A DNA stretch of 64,000 bases. It comes from Octopus vulgaris (lineage: Eukaryota). A model generated the notes under the pieces. That model saw only the letters and a list, made by a program, of their open reading frames with translations. It was not told the DNA's origin and did not search any database. Positions 1 to 52,655 of the stretch are shown one piece after another. The stretch's first letter is position 1; each line of letters begins with the position of its first letter. The stretch is from NCBI GenBank assembly GCA_951406725.2, contig OX597824.1, positions 7,688,001-7,752,000 on the forward strand, given 5' to 3'. Position numbers and translations under genes: made by a program.

Positions 1-611
1 ATGTTTGGGTAGGACTTGATTGGTAGAGGATAGTCACATGACTGGTCTTTAAAATGTTTGTAAGTTCCCCGCTACGTCCGTATGTTAATATCACGTGATA
101 GCGTTTGGTGTCGTAAGTCGAGGTTGACACGGTTGAATGAATACGTCTAGTGACAGTACCAAAACAATCCTCTGAATGTTATCTGCCAAGGGTTGTAGAA
201 AATGAACACGTGATTAAGTTTAGAACCTCTTCTACGTTTCTCGCTACGTCCGTGCGTTAGTATCACGTGACAGCATATTTTGCGCCGTGAAATTAAAGCC
301 GACACGGTTGAGTGAACATCTTTAGTTACAATCAATGCACTCTAAATTTAATTTGCCAGGCGTAAGTGTGGATAGGAATCGTTTGTCTTTTGTCGTAGGA
401 GTTGTAACATCATTTTTCATAGTTTGGTGATATCTTACAATTATTTTAGATATTTCTAATGTTCATTTACCTTTTGCAAGTTTAGAAGTAATAAGAGATT
501 TCTCTGGAGCACTTAAGTCACATTTACGATTCGTAATTAAACGATTATCAGACAACTCGTTAATAATTTGGAACACTGAAGGCCGCAGTTTGTTTACATT
601 TGTGTAAAACC

Positions 612-778
612 CAGAGCCAGCTCAAAGTACCGGCAACTCGGGCAGTCGCCCAGGGCGCCATGTGCTAGGGGGCGCCAAAGAGAGCGTGACAAAGACAAGG
701 AAATTTCTACGACCATCAGCTTTTACACGCAAAAGTTCAACCTTTCCCGGGGCACCAACAATCCTAGGGCTGTCCCTG
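612..778. mobile_element. Small hAT-like MITE
   Basis: Imperfect TIRs CAGAGCCAGC...GCTGTCCCTG. The 8-bp flanks gtaaaacc/gcaaaccc match at 6 of 8 positions. Confidence 0.4.
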
Positions 779-920
779 GCAAACCCTCAGGGTTTTTTTA
801 TACGCCTCGCGCATATAACTTCTGCCATCATTCTATGGAAATTTCGTTGAATTCCAACGAATATTTTTTTTAAATAAAAAAAAAATGTTATGCTGTTAAT
901 AGTTTGAAACGCAGTGTATC

Positions 921-1333
921 TCTCTTTACTCTTTTACTTGTTTCAGCCATTTGACTGCGGCCATGCTGGAGCACCGCCTTTAGTCGAGCAAATCGACCCC
1001 GGGACTTATTCTTTGTAAGCCCAGTACTTATTCTATCGGTCTCTTTTGCCGAACCGCTCAGTGACGGGGACCTAAACACACCAGCATCGTTTGTCAAGCA
1101 ATGCTAGGGGGACAAACACAGACACACAAACACACACACATACATATACATATATATATATATATACATATATACGACGGGATTCTTTCAGTTTCCGTCT
1201 ACCAAATCCACTCACAAGACATTGGTCGGCCCGGGGCTATAGCAGAAGACACTTGCCCAAGATACCACGCAGTGGGACTGAACCCAGAACCATGTGGTTG
1301 GTTAGCAAGCTACTTACCACACAGCCACTCCTC
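921..1333 (-). mobile_element. tRNA-derived SINE family A (CORE-like central motif)
   Basis: Minus-strand head GGAGTGGCTGTGTGGTAAG...GGTTCAGTCCC (A/B boxes), then TTGGGCAAGTGTCTT, an internal microsatellite and the tail CAGCATGGCCGCAGTCAAATG. Further copies near 19300-19460, 23058-23450, 34178-34663, 39500-39795, 41299-41690 and 52790-53210. Confidence 0.85.
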
Positions 1334-1334
1334 C

Positions 1335-1791
<457 letters not shown>

Positions 1792-2035
1792 GTGAAATGC
1801 TTTAAATTTCTTCTTGTAATCGTCTCCCCGGAGTCATTGTTTTTTTGTTAACTTAGCAAATGTCAATATCCAGTTTATCTTTAAATCCCATCGTAAAAGA
1901 TATCAAACAAATTTTGAAAGAAAGAAAAATATCACAAAATACAACAGCAAACAAACAATAACAAACACAGCAATACCGCCATGAAACAGCGATGAATAGC
2001 GATGATTGACGGTTAACCAATTTTTACGTCATTCT

Positions 2036-2890
2036 TGTTATTTGAGTAGCTTGGCTGGCCCAATACGGTTTGGTTCCTTTAGCTCATAAACAGGGCAGTT
2101 CAGTCGTAAAGGGTCGGGGATGAAAACAAACTTCGTCTACAGTTTAACATAAGCATTTGAAAACTCTATTTATTGAAGGATCAAACGTTTGCAGGCAGAT
2201 ATTGTATACATACAAAAATACTTACAAATCGTTGCAATATCCAGCCTTCTGACACCCACATGGCTCCAACAGTCAAGTCAGTAGGTAGGAAACCACGTGC
2301 CAGCCCAGCAAGCCAACTTGCTCAGAGAAGAAAAAGAAGTCATAGCCGGCTATTCGTCTCGTGTAAAGTGGTTCTTCGTCGCCCGAGTTCACTTCGACTT
2401 GTTACATCGCATCTTTACCCCGAATGTCTTCTGACACCAAATGTTGCAAAATGCGACCTCTCCAGACACCGACACGGCCCCAACAGTCAAGTCAGCACCT
2501 AGGAAACCGCAGACCAGCCCAGCAAACCAACTTACTTAGAAAGGAAGTTATCGTACCTGGCCATTTGTCTTGTGTAATGTGGTTCTTCGTCGCCCGAGTT
2601 CACTTCAATTGGTTACATCGCGTCTTTACCCCGACTGTCTTCGTTGCCAAACTCACAATCACTGTTTGCTTTCGTTGCCAACTTCACACTGACTGTTTTT
2701 GTTGCCAACTAACACCGCATTCTTTACATTACCAATTGACACCGGGCTTTGTTTTGTTTTGTTTTGACAATTGACACCACGTGTTCCTTCACCATTTTCA
2801 AACCATCCACCTCACAGCAAAGACACACAAAAACGTGCAACAGCTTCATATCAGTCACGTGATCTATAACGTTATTTCTCCTCCGTAACA
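2036..2890 (-). mobile_element. Putative 3' LTR of the Gypsy element
   Basis: Termini TGTTA...TAACA, a minus-strand AATAAA near 2170 and a purine-rich stretch immediately before TGTTACG on the minus strand. Contains an internal direct repeat (about 2266-2433 and 2480-2643). The left boundary is uncertain. Confidence 0.55.
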
Positions 2891-2902
2891 CTAACCATAC
2901 CT

Positions 2903-3471
2903 ATTTCTTTACAACCCACAAGGGGCTAAACACAGAGAGGACAAACAAGGACAGACAAACGGATTAAGTCGATTATATCGACCCCAGTGTGTAACTGGTA
3001 CTTAAGGATGAAAGGCAAAGTCGACCTCGGCGGAATTTGAACTTAGAACGTAGCGGCAGACGAAATACCTATTTCTTTACTACCCACAGAGAGGACAAAC
3101 AAGGACAGACAAACGGATTAAGTCGATTACATCGACCCCAGTGCGTAATTGATACTTATTTAATCGACCCCGAAAGGATGAAAGGCAAAGTCGACCTCGG
3201 CGGAATTTGAACTCAGAACGTAACGGCAGACGAAATATCTATTTCTTTACTACCCACAAGGGGCTAAACACAGAGGGGACAAACAAGGACAGACATAAGT
3301 ATTAAGTCGATTACATCGACCTCAGTACGCAACTGGTACTTATTTGATCGACCCCCAAAGGATGAAATGCAAAGTCGACCTCGGCGGAGTTCGAACTCAG
3401 AACGTAGCGGCAGACGAAATACCGTTAATCATTTCTCCCGGCGTGCTAACGTTTCTGCCAGCTCACCGCCT
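2903..3471 (-). mobile_element. SINE family B (Meta-domain-like), trimer with one head and a 24-bp TSD
   Basis: Head GGCGGTGAGCTGGCAGAAACGTTAGC and body GAGGTCGACTTTGCCTTTCATCCTTTCGGGGTCGAT in three units. Flanked by tcctccgtaacacta(a/c)ccatacct at 2879-2902 and 3472-3495. Confidence 0.88.
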
Positions 3472-3495
3472 TCCTCCGTAACACTACCCATACCT

Positions 3496-6400
3496 TTGTC
3501 AACCCGACGAAAGTATACAAGATTTATAACCTCAGTCCTTACGGTGACTGTCTTGCTCTTGCGCCCCTTTTCCTTGGTCTTCCCCAGTCCCTTCGTCTTC
3601 TTCATTTGACACTCTTGCAAAGCAGATTTCAGTTCAGAATTGCGAGTTTTGTAACTTTTCACCTGAGATCGAATTTATGCCATTTTCTTATCGTATTTCT
3701 TTCAGATTGTGCTGCAGTCTTTTTCCCATCTTCTGCTAATTATTTTCTGTGAATTAAGAAGCTTTTTCAATTCCACCATAGTCTAAATGATTTCCTTCTT
3801 CAAAACTCTGCAGTTTCAGTTCAAATTCTTGTGAGTTGGAAGACATTTCCTCTTTCATAACAGCGACTCTTTTACGCATTTGCCCTGTATCTCATCCTTT
3901 TCGTTGTTTGCCTTTAGTTCGTTAATTTCCTGGGTCAGCAGAAATTTATTATCTGACAGCTGTCGTCATTGTTCAGTAAAGATACTTGCTCTTTTAGTTT
4001 CTCATTTTCTTTCATTAAAAACATCTGTTTTCTGGTTCAAACTTTACCAATTACGTTCCTGTTGATGTTTACATTTGCCAAGCTTCCTCTCGGGGGTATC
4101 TTTAGATTTTAACACTTCTATTAAACAATGTGTAATCTTTTCTTCGACTTCTTTAAAAATTTCGTTTCCTCGGCAAAGTTTAGACGGGCATTTTTGCAAT
4201 TATGACTCAACGTTTCTTTTATTTTCAGGCATCTTTCCATATTGACTTTCTCTCAAGACGTTCCATTTCTAGGAAACGGACTTTTTCATTTAGTTTTATA
4301 ATCCTGACATTGAGAAGAGATTTCGCATCATCTGCTTCTTTTCTGGTTACTTTGCCAGCATCTTCCATCAAGCCATCAACGACTTTCTGTAAATAGTTCA
4401 TCTGTTCTTGTTTTTGAGCGGAAACTCCCTTGGCCAAATCTTTTATCAAGAATTGCATTTTCCACAATTTGTTGAGTATTTTCGTTGTCTTCCCTCAGAG
4501 CTGTGTAATCAAGGTTTAGGCCACCTGCAGCGAACACATCAGCGCAACTCACTAGCAGCGGCTCAACCGCAACATCTGAGCGTCATCTAAGCACTGACAA
4601 CTCCGTGCAAATAGGTCTGGCAGACCCCCACTTCCACCGATAGCACTCTTTCTGCAGGTACGCAGCCGACACTGCTCCTGGTCCACTGTCTGGCGCAGTC
4701 CTACAATTTATCCTTTGCGAATCTTCTGTGCCTCCCGTGAGAAGTTAGCTGTCACAGCAAGCACTTCATCAGCATCTGTCTTCACCAGGGTCCGTCCTAC
4801 CGTCACTCCAGATTTCCTTTTGCAGTGTCTGTTGAGTTCCAATATCCCCAGACAACCATCAAATGAGTCACTAACACTACACTGAAGCTGTATTTCCGAA
4901 CTCGATGGGGTCACTGTCGTCCGTAACGCTCTCACCTCACCACCATCAGTGGTCCGCTTTACCATCTTGACAGGAACTGATTTTCCTTGCACCCAAAGCT
5001 TCACGGAGCAGAACTCCAGTTGATACCTCATGGACGGCAAGTAGTCCAGATCCAATAGACAAACATCCTCCATCACCATGTAGACAGGAAGCGTGACCTC
5101 TCGCCCTGCAACTTTAGTCAGGACATCAACCGGTCCCTTCAGTTCAGTACAGCATCCGGTAACACCACACATCTGCTGTGATGACTCTGGTAGGTCTCGA
5201 TGCTGTAACACCTCAGGTCTCACTAAAGTCTTCTCCGAGGCCGAAACAATCACAAGAGGACACTTCTGACCATCAATCCTCTCATCCACTTGTCAATAAC
5301 AGCCCTTTTATATCTTCTCTGAGGTGGGGCTTCTTTGAAATTTCGGCTGGCTATTGCCCATTCTAGCTTTCCGGCTCTCCTTCATCTTCTGTTGTCATCT
5401 TCTTACTCTTCTTTCTTGTAGAAGAGTCAAAACTCAGAGTTCCCTATTCATCACATGTCCGACACTCTTTCCTAAGTGTAAACTTTCTACTACCGTCCTT
5501 CTTTTGTTCTCTTTTCAAGCTGTAACCATCTTGTTGCTTTTTGTGTCCTGGCTTCCCATAGTGCCAGCAACCTCTTCCAACCATACCTTGTTCTTTCTTC
5601 TCTTTTTCTCTTTAAACAGCCCCCGCTTTTATGCCCTGACTTCTCGCAGTACCAATAACCTTCATTAAGTCTCCCTGCTCCACGTACTTACCCCTTCCTT
5701 GCTTTGAATGCTGAACTGAACTGTAGCCTATCTGGAAGCTTCCTGTGCTAGTCCTTACATGCAACTCAAATTCAAGAGCTCTAAACAGTGCCTCTTGCAT
5801 AGTATTTGCTTGTGCTTGCTTCAATTGCACTTTGAGTTCTTCGCTGCCCAGAGCATCGTTAAACTTCTCTTTCAGAAGAAGAGCCAATAGGTCAGGTGTT
5901 GCCTTACGTGCCACACTCTCCAGATCCCGGGAAAGCTGTTGTAGTAACTTCCCTCTTGCACTTACACGGGTCCAAAATTGTGCCCATTACACTTCACTCT
6001 GGTACACAGTGCCATATCTTCTTTGTAACACTTCAATTAGTAAATAACAACGGCTTTTGTCCTCCACTGACAACTGGCTCAGCACCTCTAGTGTAGCACC
6101 CTTTAGAATAGTAGGATGCTGAACTGCTCTTTGCCTATCATCCCATCCATTCTGGTCATCCAGCCAGTCAAACTGAACCTTGTAGGCCTCCCAAGACAAT
6201 TTGCTGTCAAATTCTTGAGGCTTCTTAATGGGAATTCTACTGCAGCCTTGCACTCTCTGGATCGGGGCCTAAATACTAGAGCTTCATGATTCGTCTAGCA
6301 TCCAAAACTACTCTGTGACCATTAGCAGGCACATCCACTTCTGAAAGAACACCTCTGGAAGCTTGACTATTTTCAAAATTCAGTACATGTCATCTACCAT
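3496..6400 (-). mobile_element. Degenerate Ty3/Gypsy internal region: gag, protease and linker, RT/RNaseH/integrase absent, decayed coiled-coil ORF
   Basis: Gag-like KKPQEFDSKLSWEAYKVQF...NGWDDRQRA (5987-6253, 5612-5914) and a protease-like region (4708-5289). The pre-RT linker LPDLFARSCQCLDDAQ...LLVSCADVFA lies near 4520-4625. Many stops and frameshifts. Confidence 0.85.
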
Positions 6401-6494
6401 TTCCACACACTACATACATACATACATACATACATACATACATACATACATACATACATACATACATACATACATACATACATACATACATACA

Positions 6495-6920
6495 GAACAC
6501 CTATGCTGAACTATTGAGAAATCTGCAGTTACTCTATCCAGATTACAAGTTCGGGTTTATATCTGTAATTACTGAGGCCCTGGGATATGTAACATACTGG
6601 CTAACTACCAATCTTGAGAAATTAGGCTTCTCAAAACCGGAAGGGAGAAAACAAATTCGAAGACTATAGATCGAATCCATCACTGGAACTGTAAAAATCT
6701 GTAGAACTTTCCAGAAATTTATCATTTAAATATATATGAGCATATCTAGATATGTAGTTATATGGATGAGAATACATACATACATACATACATACATACA
6801 TACAAACAAAAATGCCTTATTATTGATGTTGTAGTTCCAATGAAGGAACCTTGGATCTTGGTTAGAAACCGGCTCCTTCGCTATTGGCAAGAAATCTTGA
6901 AATAAACTGAATAATGACAT
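6495..6920 (+). mobile_element. 5'-truncated R4/Dong-like LINE 3' end inside a (TACA)n tract
   Basis: Translates NTYAELLRNLQLLYPDYKF...ALGYV...ITGTVKICRTFQKFII*, the C-terminus of a restriction-like endonuclease domain. The 3'UTR ends AATAAACTGAATAATGA and (TACA)n lies on both sides. Confidence 0.75.
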
Positions 6921-6954
6921 ACATACTTACATACACAGATGCATACATACGTGC

Positions 6955-7620
6955 AAAGTTCAACATCAATGGAAATGCTGACAGTCTATGCTTCCCGGGC
7001 AAGGATGATGGCTGTGGTTTCGAAGTTATATTGATATCATACAAATGGTATCACACATGTGGTTACACTGAAACAACATCTGCAGCAGAGAAAAGAGACC
7101 AGTAACTACCGTGCGCAAATTTGTGGCCATGAAATCAACAATATAACTAGGATAGTTAATGAACATTAGGCGGGGCATGAAATAAGAGCTGATACAGTTT
7201 TCTCTCCAAGGAGCGTTGGTGGAACCTATCTATCAGAAGAACAAGATAATAAACAAAGAACTGTTCCACTGGGAATATATTACGTGGGTACTTAGTGCGA
7301 AAAGAAAGCAGAAACCATAAGAGTTCGTCGTGTCAAATCGGTGGTATGGAGTGCAGACAAATTTATGACATCCCACTTCAAAGGCAACCTACATGCAATT
7401 CTATAGCATGAGATCCCCACCAAGTACCTACTGCATGAAAGGCAGAAAACATAAGCAGACAACAAATGCAGGCGTTGAAAAACTAAAACTGAAGACATCA
7501 ACCACATTATTGCCATCCGCGAGAGAATGTCTTTTAGATATCATGTTGCCATGAAGCATGATGCAGGGGTCAGAGTAATCTGGGACGGAATTATTCAAAA
7601 AAACACACCAATAGATGACA
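6955..7620 (+). mobile_element. Decayed R4/Dong-like LINE fragment (zinc-knuckle region), left half
   Basis: Translates HEIPTKYLL...DNKCRR*KTKTEDINHII...KHDAGVRVIW. Continues after the mariner insertion at about 8960. Confidence 0.6.
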
Positions 7621-8958
7621 ACTAGGTGTGGTCAACAAGTATCCGATCTTGATTTTTTTTTTTTGCACAAAATAATAATGCGTGAGTAAAATCTGCATGG
7701 GTGTTAGGTGGCCGCGTCCTTCTTACTTCTTTATTGCCCACAAGGGGCTAAACACAGAGGGGACAAACAAGGAGAGACAGACATAGGTATTAAGTTTATT
7801 ATATCGACCCCAGTGCGTAATTGATACTTATTTAATCGACCCCGAAAGGATGAAAGGCAAAGTCGACCTCGGCGGAATTTGAACTCAGAACATAAAGACA
7901 GACGAAATACCTATTTCTTTATTATCCACAAGGAGCTAAACATAGAGGGGACAAACAAGGACAGACATAGGTATTAAGTCGATTACATCGACCCCAGTGC
8001 GCAACTGGTACTTAATTTAATCGACTCCGAAAGGATGAAAGGCAAAGTCGACCTCGGCGGAATTTGAACTCACAACGTAACGGCAGACGAAATACGGCTA
8101 CGCATTTCGCCCGGCGTGCTAACGTTCCTGCCAGCTCGCCGCCTTTAAGCCGCGTCCTTGAGCATGCGCAAAAACTTTCGTGTCCGTCGGTTGCGCCATT
8201 TGCCCGCACTGACGCATTGAGTACAGGCGTGAAGAGTGTGCTGTGCGTTTTTTTCTTTTTTAGTCAAGACGACCGAGCGCCTTGGGCAAAGACACTGTAT
8301 CAAATTCTGCCAAAAACTTGGTTTTACGCAAACCCAGAATATTGAGAAGATTCAGAAGGCCTTTGGAGATGATGCTGTGGGGAAAAACACAAATAAAGGA
8401 GAGGTACAACCGGTTCAAAGATAGCCGCATCTTACTGGACAATGAGCCAAGGTGTGGCAGATCATCAACTGGCAGAAAAGACAAAATGATTGCCAAGGTT
8501 CAAGGAATAGTCTATGAAGGCTGTCGTGTGACTATTGAGGAGATTGTGGCCGAAGTTGGAATCAGCCATGGGTCAGTTCAGTCAGCTCATTCCGCCTACG
8601 TCGTCCAAGGATTCTTCGTTAAGCAAAGCACACAACTTGTCCGTCAAGCTTCCTATTCCCCAGATTTGGCTTCACGTGACTTTTGGCTATTCCCAATGCT
8701 CAAAAACAAAACATTCAAAGAGAGAATATTGGAGTCAACAGAGGACATTAAGCAAAATACGACGGTACAGCTCTACATCATCCCCAAAAATGATTTTCCG
8801 AAACGTTTCCTGCATGGAAGGAACGCTAGCAGAAGTGTGTAGACTCCCAAGGCGAATACTTTGAAGGAAGCTAAATGAAAATGGCGAGTTTTTAAATATT
8901 ACTTGTTTTTTGGTCAAAGGTCGGATACTCTTTTGGGTCAAAGGTCAGATACCTCGTA
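7621..8958 (+). mobile_element. Mariner remnant, internally deleted, with a nested SINE B dimer at 7722-8148
   Basis: HTH-like QRHCIKFCQKLG...IQKAFGDDA, then DNEPRCGRSST and YSPDLASRDFWLFP. TIR-like ends contain agtatccga. The SINE dimer is bounded by the 11-bp TSD gccgcgtcctt (7711-7721 and 8149-8159). Confidence 0.8.
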
Positions 8959-8959
8959 T

Positions 8960-9400
8960 ATTGAGACCGATAGGTCGAAAGAATATTGATGGCACTTAAA
9001 AATCAAAACAGCCACCAAATTAAAACTCAACCGGCCAGGTATTGTTGTGGAGGATCACAAAGAAGATATATACTCTATTGCGGAAATCAGCTGCCCTCTA
9101 AACACCAGTGTGGTTGGAAAAATACAGGATCCTTGATAAGGAGTTTCCAAATTTTGCACCGAAGATACACTTTCAGCTTCATACTCATTATTATTAGAAC
9201 AACAGGATACGTACCAACGTGTCTAGATGAAAGTGTGGTCGAACTAGGGTTATTGAAGAGAGAACACAAATCTGTAATTCATATACTACAAACGATCACG
9301 ATATCTGAGACTATAAAAATTTGCAAGACGAAGATTTAAAATGTGATGAACAAAACAAGACACTTTCTTTCACGACCTTGTTACCTAGAACAATAAAGAA
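8960..9400 (+). mobile_element. Decayed R4/Dong-like LINE fragment (endonuclease region), right half
   Basis: Translates KLKLNRPGIVV...EISCPLN and SLIRSFQILHRRYTFSF...TGYV...TISETIKICKT, homologous to the 6495 fragment. Confidence 0.65.
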
Positions 9401-9719
9401 GTGAATTATAACCAGTGCGTGTGTTTATTATTGTTATTGACATAATGGCACCCACGAAATACAACGAAACATGTTTCAGTTCACGAGCTCACATCAAGAA
9501 TCCTGCAAATCAAATACGAAACGAAATATTTATTACAGTTTATTAGATATAAAAATTTGATGCTTTATTTTATTTATTATCTGCACAATTTTCCTTTTTT
9601 ATTGCTTGGAATATACCAAACACGTGACGTAGTGCCCTCAAACATATAACGCCCACAAGCACGTGGTGTCCCCATCCCAGCGCGAATGTTCGAGATGCGA
9701 ATGACTTCAGCTAGCTCTG

Positions 9720-10290
9720 AATGTGAAACACTTTAGGTATGTGGTCATCGCAGTGCATCAAATTGATGGCGAAACTTGAGGCAATCAAGCGCCACTACAC
9801 AAAGAAGATTGACTCGGAGAAACAGATGAGCTACAGGGAGAAACTACTAGAACTGTAACTCTACTTCCTGGAGAGAAGGCAAGAAAAGTATGCAGTGATA
9901 TACATATGGAAGATCTTAGAAGGTCTAGTTACCAACTTTGGAATTAAAAGCTATACAGACCACGGAACTGGACAGCATTGCATAATACCAAAGATCTTGT
10001 CTTCTTCATCTCAGATAAGAACCCAGTATTGCAAACAACTTGGATTTTAGAGGTCCACAACCGTTTAACATCCTGCCAGAAAACTTCAAAGATTTGCGGG
10101 TGAAAATGCGGAAACCTACAAAAAGTAGCGGGACAAATTTCTATCTGAAATCCCAGATGACCTTACAAAGAAGAGCAGCTTCGCCCAACTTGCTCCAGTA
10201 TGGTCCCAGCCTCTGGCTGAAACCGGTAGAAGAGTAAAAGAATGAAAGGATATAAAAAATGGCATTGAGTCGCCAGTTATATAGACACAA
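9720..10290 (+). mobile_element. CR1/L2-group LINE, decayed RT C-terminal fragment
   Basis: Translates LEAIKRHYTKKI...LYFLERRQEKYAVIYIWKILEGLV...FRGPQPFNILP. Confidence 0.75.
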
Positions 10291-10679
10291 TTCCAAAATC
10301 TTACACCTGAAGCGAAAGATTTCCAACAAAACTTACTTAACATAACATACAGTTGTTGCTACCTGTATTTTATGATAACGATGGACAATTTAGGTAGTAG
10401 CATTTGTTGGCAGATTGGTTCTTACTTTAATCACACTTGTGAGGTTATGGAAGCAAACTCATTTACAACAAGATATATCAAGACAATAATAGATAATTTT
10501 ATTTCTTTATTGCCCACAAGGGGCTAAGCATAGAGGGGACAAACAAGGACATACAAAGGGATTAAGTCGATAAGATCGACCCAAGTGCGTAACTGGTCCC
10601 TATTTAATCGACCCCGAAACGATGAAAGGCAAAGTCGACCTCGGCGGAATTTGAACTCAGAACGATGCTATTTAAGCCT

Positions 10680-10900
10680 TGTTTTTATAAGTCTGTCACA
10701 TGGTACCCAACCAAAGATCTTATTTGTAGTAGATTCAGGCATATGACTGGGTCTTTTTTGGTACCTTGGCATCATCCAGTACCATCTTGTTAACATGAAA
10801 TAGGGCGATTGTCTTGTACAGTTTGAGCATGCGCCCTTTTTGTTTTACAGAAATAAAATCTACCTTATTGTCATTAGTGGAAGATTATCAAGAGATTACG
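10680..10900 (-). mobile_element. Decayed non-LTR RT fragment (R4/Dong-like)
   Basis: Minus strand reads KQKGRM...VNKMVLDDAK, resembling the EQKGC...DKMVL.D.K RT motif. Confidence 0.45.
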
Positions 10901-11525
10901 AGACCGCACATCAGCGGAGCCAAATGGGGCGGCTTGCAGCTTGTCTGAGGCGTGGTTTCTGATCGTAAACCTTCTTAATCATTTAAGATGTATGTTTTAT
11001 CCATTAAGCATTCACGTGTTTGAAATTACCACTCTGAGTTTCCTGTCATCTGGGATATATTATTTACTTCGCTAGGTTGCGTATCTATTCATCATTTTAA
11101 TTTACTTTTCAATGATGGCGACTTTTTTTTTCTAAAAACTACATTGTTTATTTAACTGCGCATTTTCTAAAATGGGTATGTAAATGGTAGAACATCATTT
11201 AATTCATCTATATCATTAGATATTGAAAGGCCATATTTTTTATTGCTTCTTTTAATCTACATTAGTATTCAACAGAGGCTTTCTAAAAGACTGTACGTTT
11301 CAAGAGTAACTTTCAACTGTGCTCTCAGAGTTCCTAAGCTTTTCATGACCCATGTATCGTCAACTTCTTGTTCAGTTTCTACAAAATGTAACTGCATTCT
11401 AAGAGCATAGTCAACATACTTTAAAACATAACACTTCAGGATATTAGGTTCTGATACTCTCTGCAATAATTTCAATATTATTGTTAACTTCAACGATCAT
11501 ATTAAAGTCACCATCATTATTAATA

Positions 11526-11914
11526 CTAGCTGTATCGCCCGGCGTTGTTTGGGTTTGTTTCCACCCTTTAGAATTGGAATTTTTGAAAAGTAAAAATTAT
11601 GCATTATATAGCTTGTTATTTTCTTTAAGTGAACATTTTTCTGGTTGAAATGCACCGAAAAATGGCGACACGGCAGTCAAAAATCGTAAAAAATAGGGAT
11701 TTTCATAGAAAAAAAGCACCTTTTTGATGTAAATAATTTTTGGCGTTAACATGGTCCGATTTCAATTTCTTCTTCTACAGAATGAAGAGCAGGCATTCTT
11801 CTATCATACTCTTAATTTTGGTCAACTTGCGCTAAAGAGTCTCGGAGGAGATAGTGTTAGTTGAAGGCTACCAAACCTGCCATACACAGACAACTTCAGC
11901 TTTATATAGAGAGA
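11526..11914 (-). mobile_element. Non-autonomous Helitron
   Basis: Minus strand starts TC...TATATAAAGCTGAAGTTG and ends with an imperfect GC hairpin followed by CTAG, inserted between A and T. Closely similar copies at 18688-19085, 33684-34067 and 37094-37330. Confidence 0.75.
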
Positions 11915-13019
11915 TTATCGCCGTCATTTTAAATAACATCACTTACCCAATATACGGTATAATTGTTTTGTGGCACTCGTTCCTTGCAGCCTCACTTTCG
12001 TTGTCAATCGATGTCATATATTAATGCCCGTGTTTGTGATTCCTGCGTCGCCGAATATACTTAAAATACTTCTTTTTATTTATTTTTTTTTTGTCTGATC
12101 AGCTGTTCTTTGATGGAAGTGGTATCCAGATAAAGTTGTTTCTAGTAACGATGCAGTAATCACCTGCATGATGTGAAAACATTGGACACCGTTCCATCTA
12201 ATTTCCTTCGACATCGTGTTCTTTATAACGTTGTCACAGTGATTGCCTTTGTACTGGAAGCATGTCCACATTTATTACTGTACTCAATTTTATTCAAAAA
12301 GTTTGAGCATTTTCTCACACCGATAGAAATTGTATAACAAACAGTCAAACCCAGGGAGTTTTTACAATAATACAGATAATTTACTTGAACTAAAAACAAT
12401 CAAACTTGAATTAATTGTCTACCAATTTTCACTACAACAGAAAAAAAAATTCCTTTACATTAATAGTATGCATTTGAATCAAACTTAGACTAAAATACCG
12501 GTGTGTATATGTATATATAATGTGTATACAAGCGTAGAACGGTATGAACTATATCAGTTTACGTTTGTTTCGGAGAAACTGCTTAAAGAGACCTTTGTGT
12601 TAAGGACATAGAGCCTCGCTCAGATCGACAGTGAATCACAAGTCACGGTGTTTCGACTTAAGTTAGTCTCCTCAGTGATGAATTCCCTGAACTTTCAAAG
12701 ACTTCCGATTTAGAAATCGGTAAACAAAGCATTTACGGATTCATACAAATGCAAGCCAAATTAGAATTATTTCCTATTTTGATAAATCTGTTTTCAATAT
12801 TTAAAGCCTGATTCTGTTTATTAAAACATTTTCGCTCTAAATACACTCGCTATGCACAATGCCTTTTCCGTCTTTTCCAATTTTTTTTTAAAATGTCTAT
12901 TACTTCTTAATTATCTCTTATTTCTTAATAATCTATGTTTTTAATTACACAGACTGCATTTAACTGCACAACATGTATCAATGCATATTCTTACACATAA
13001 AATTTATATTTATTTTCAG

Positions 13020-52655
<39,636 letters not shown>

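Noticed and set aside
12660-12725. Candidate first SLC22 exon ending at G/gtaaac
   Set aside because: There is no in-frame ATG before an upstream stop and no transmembrane segment.
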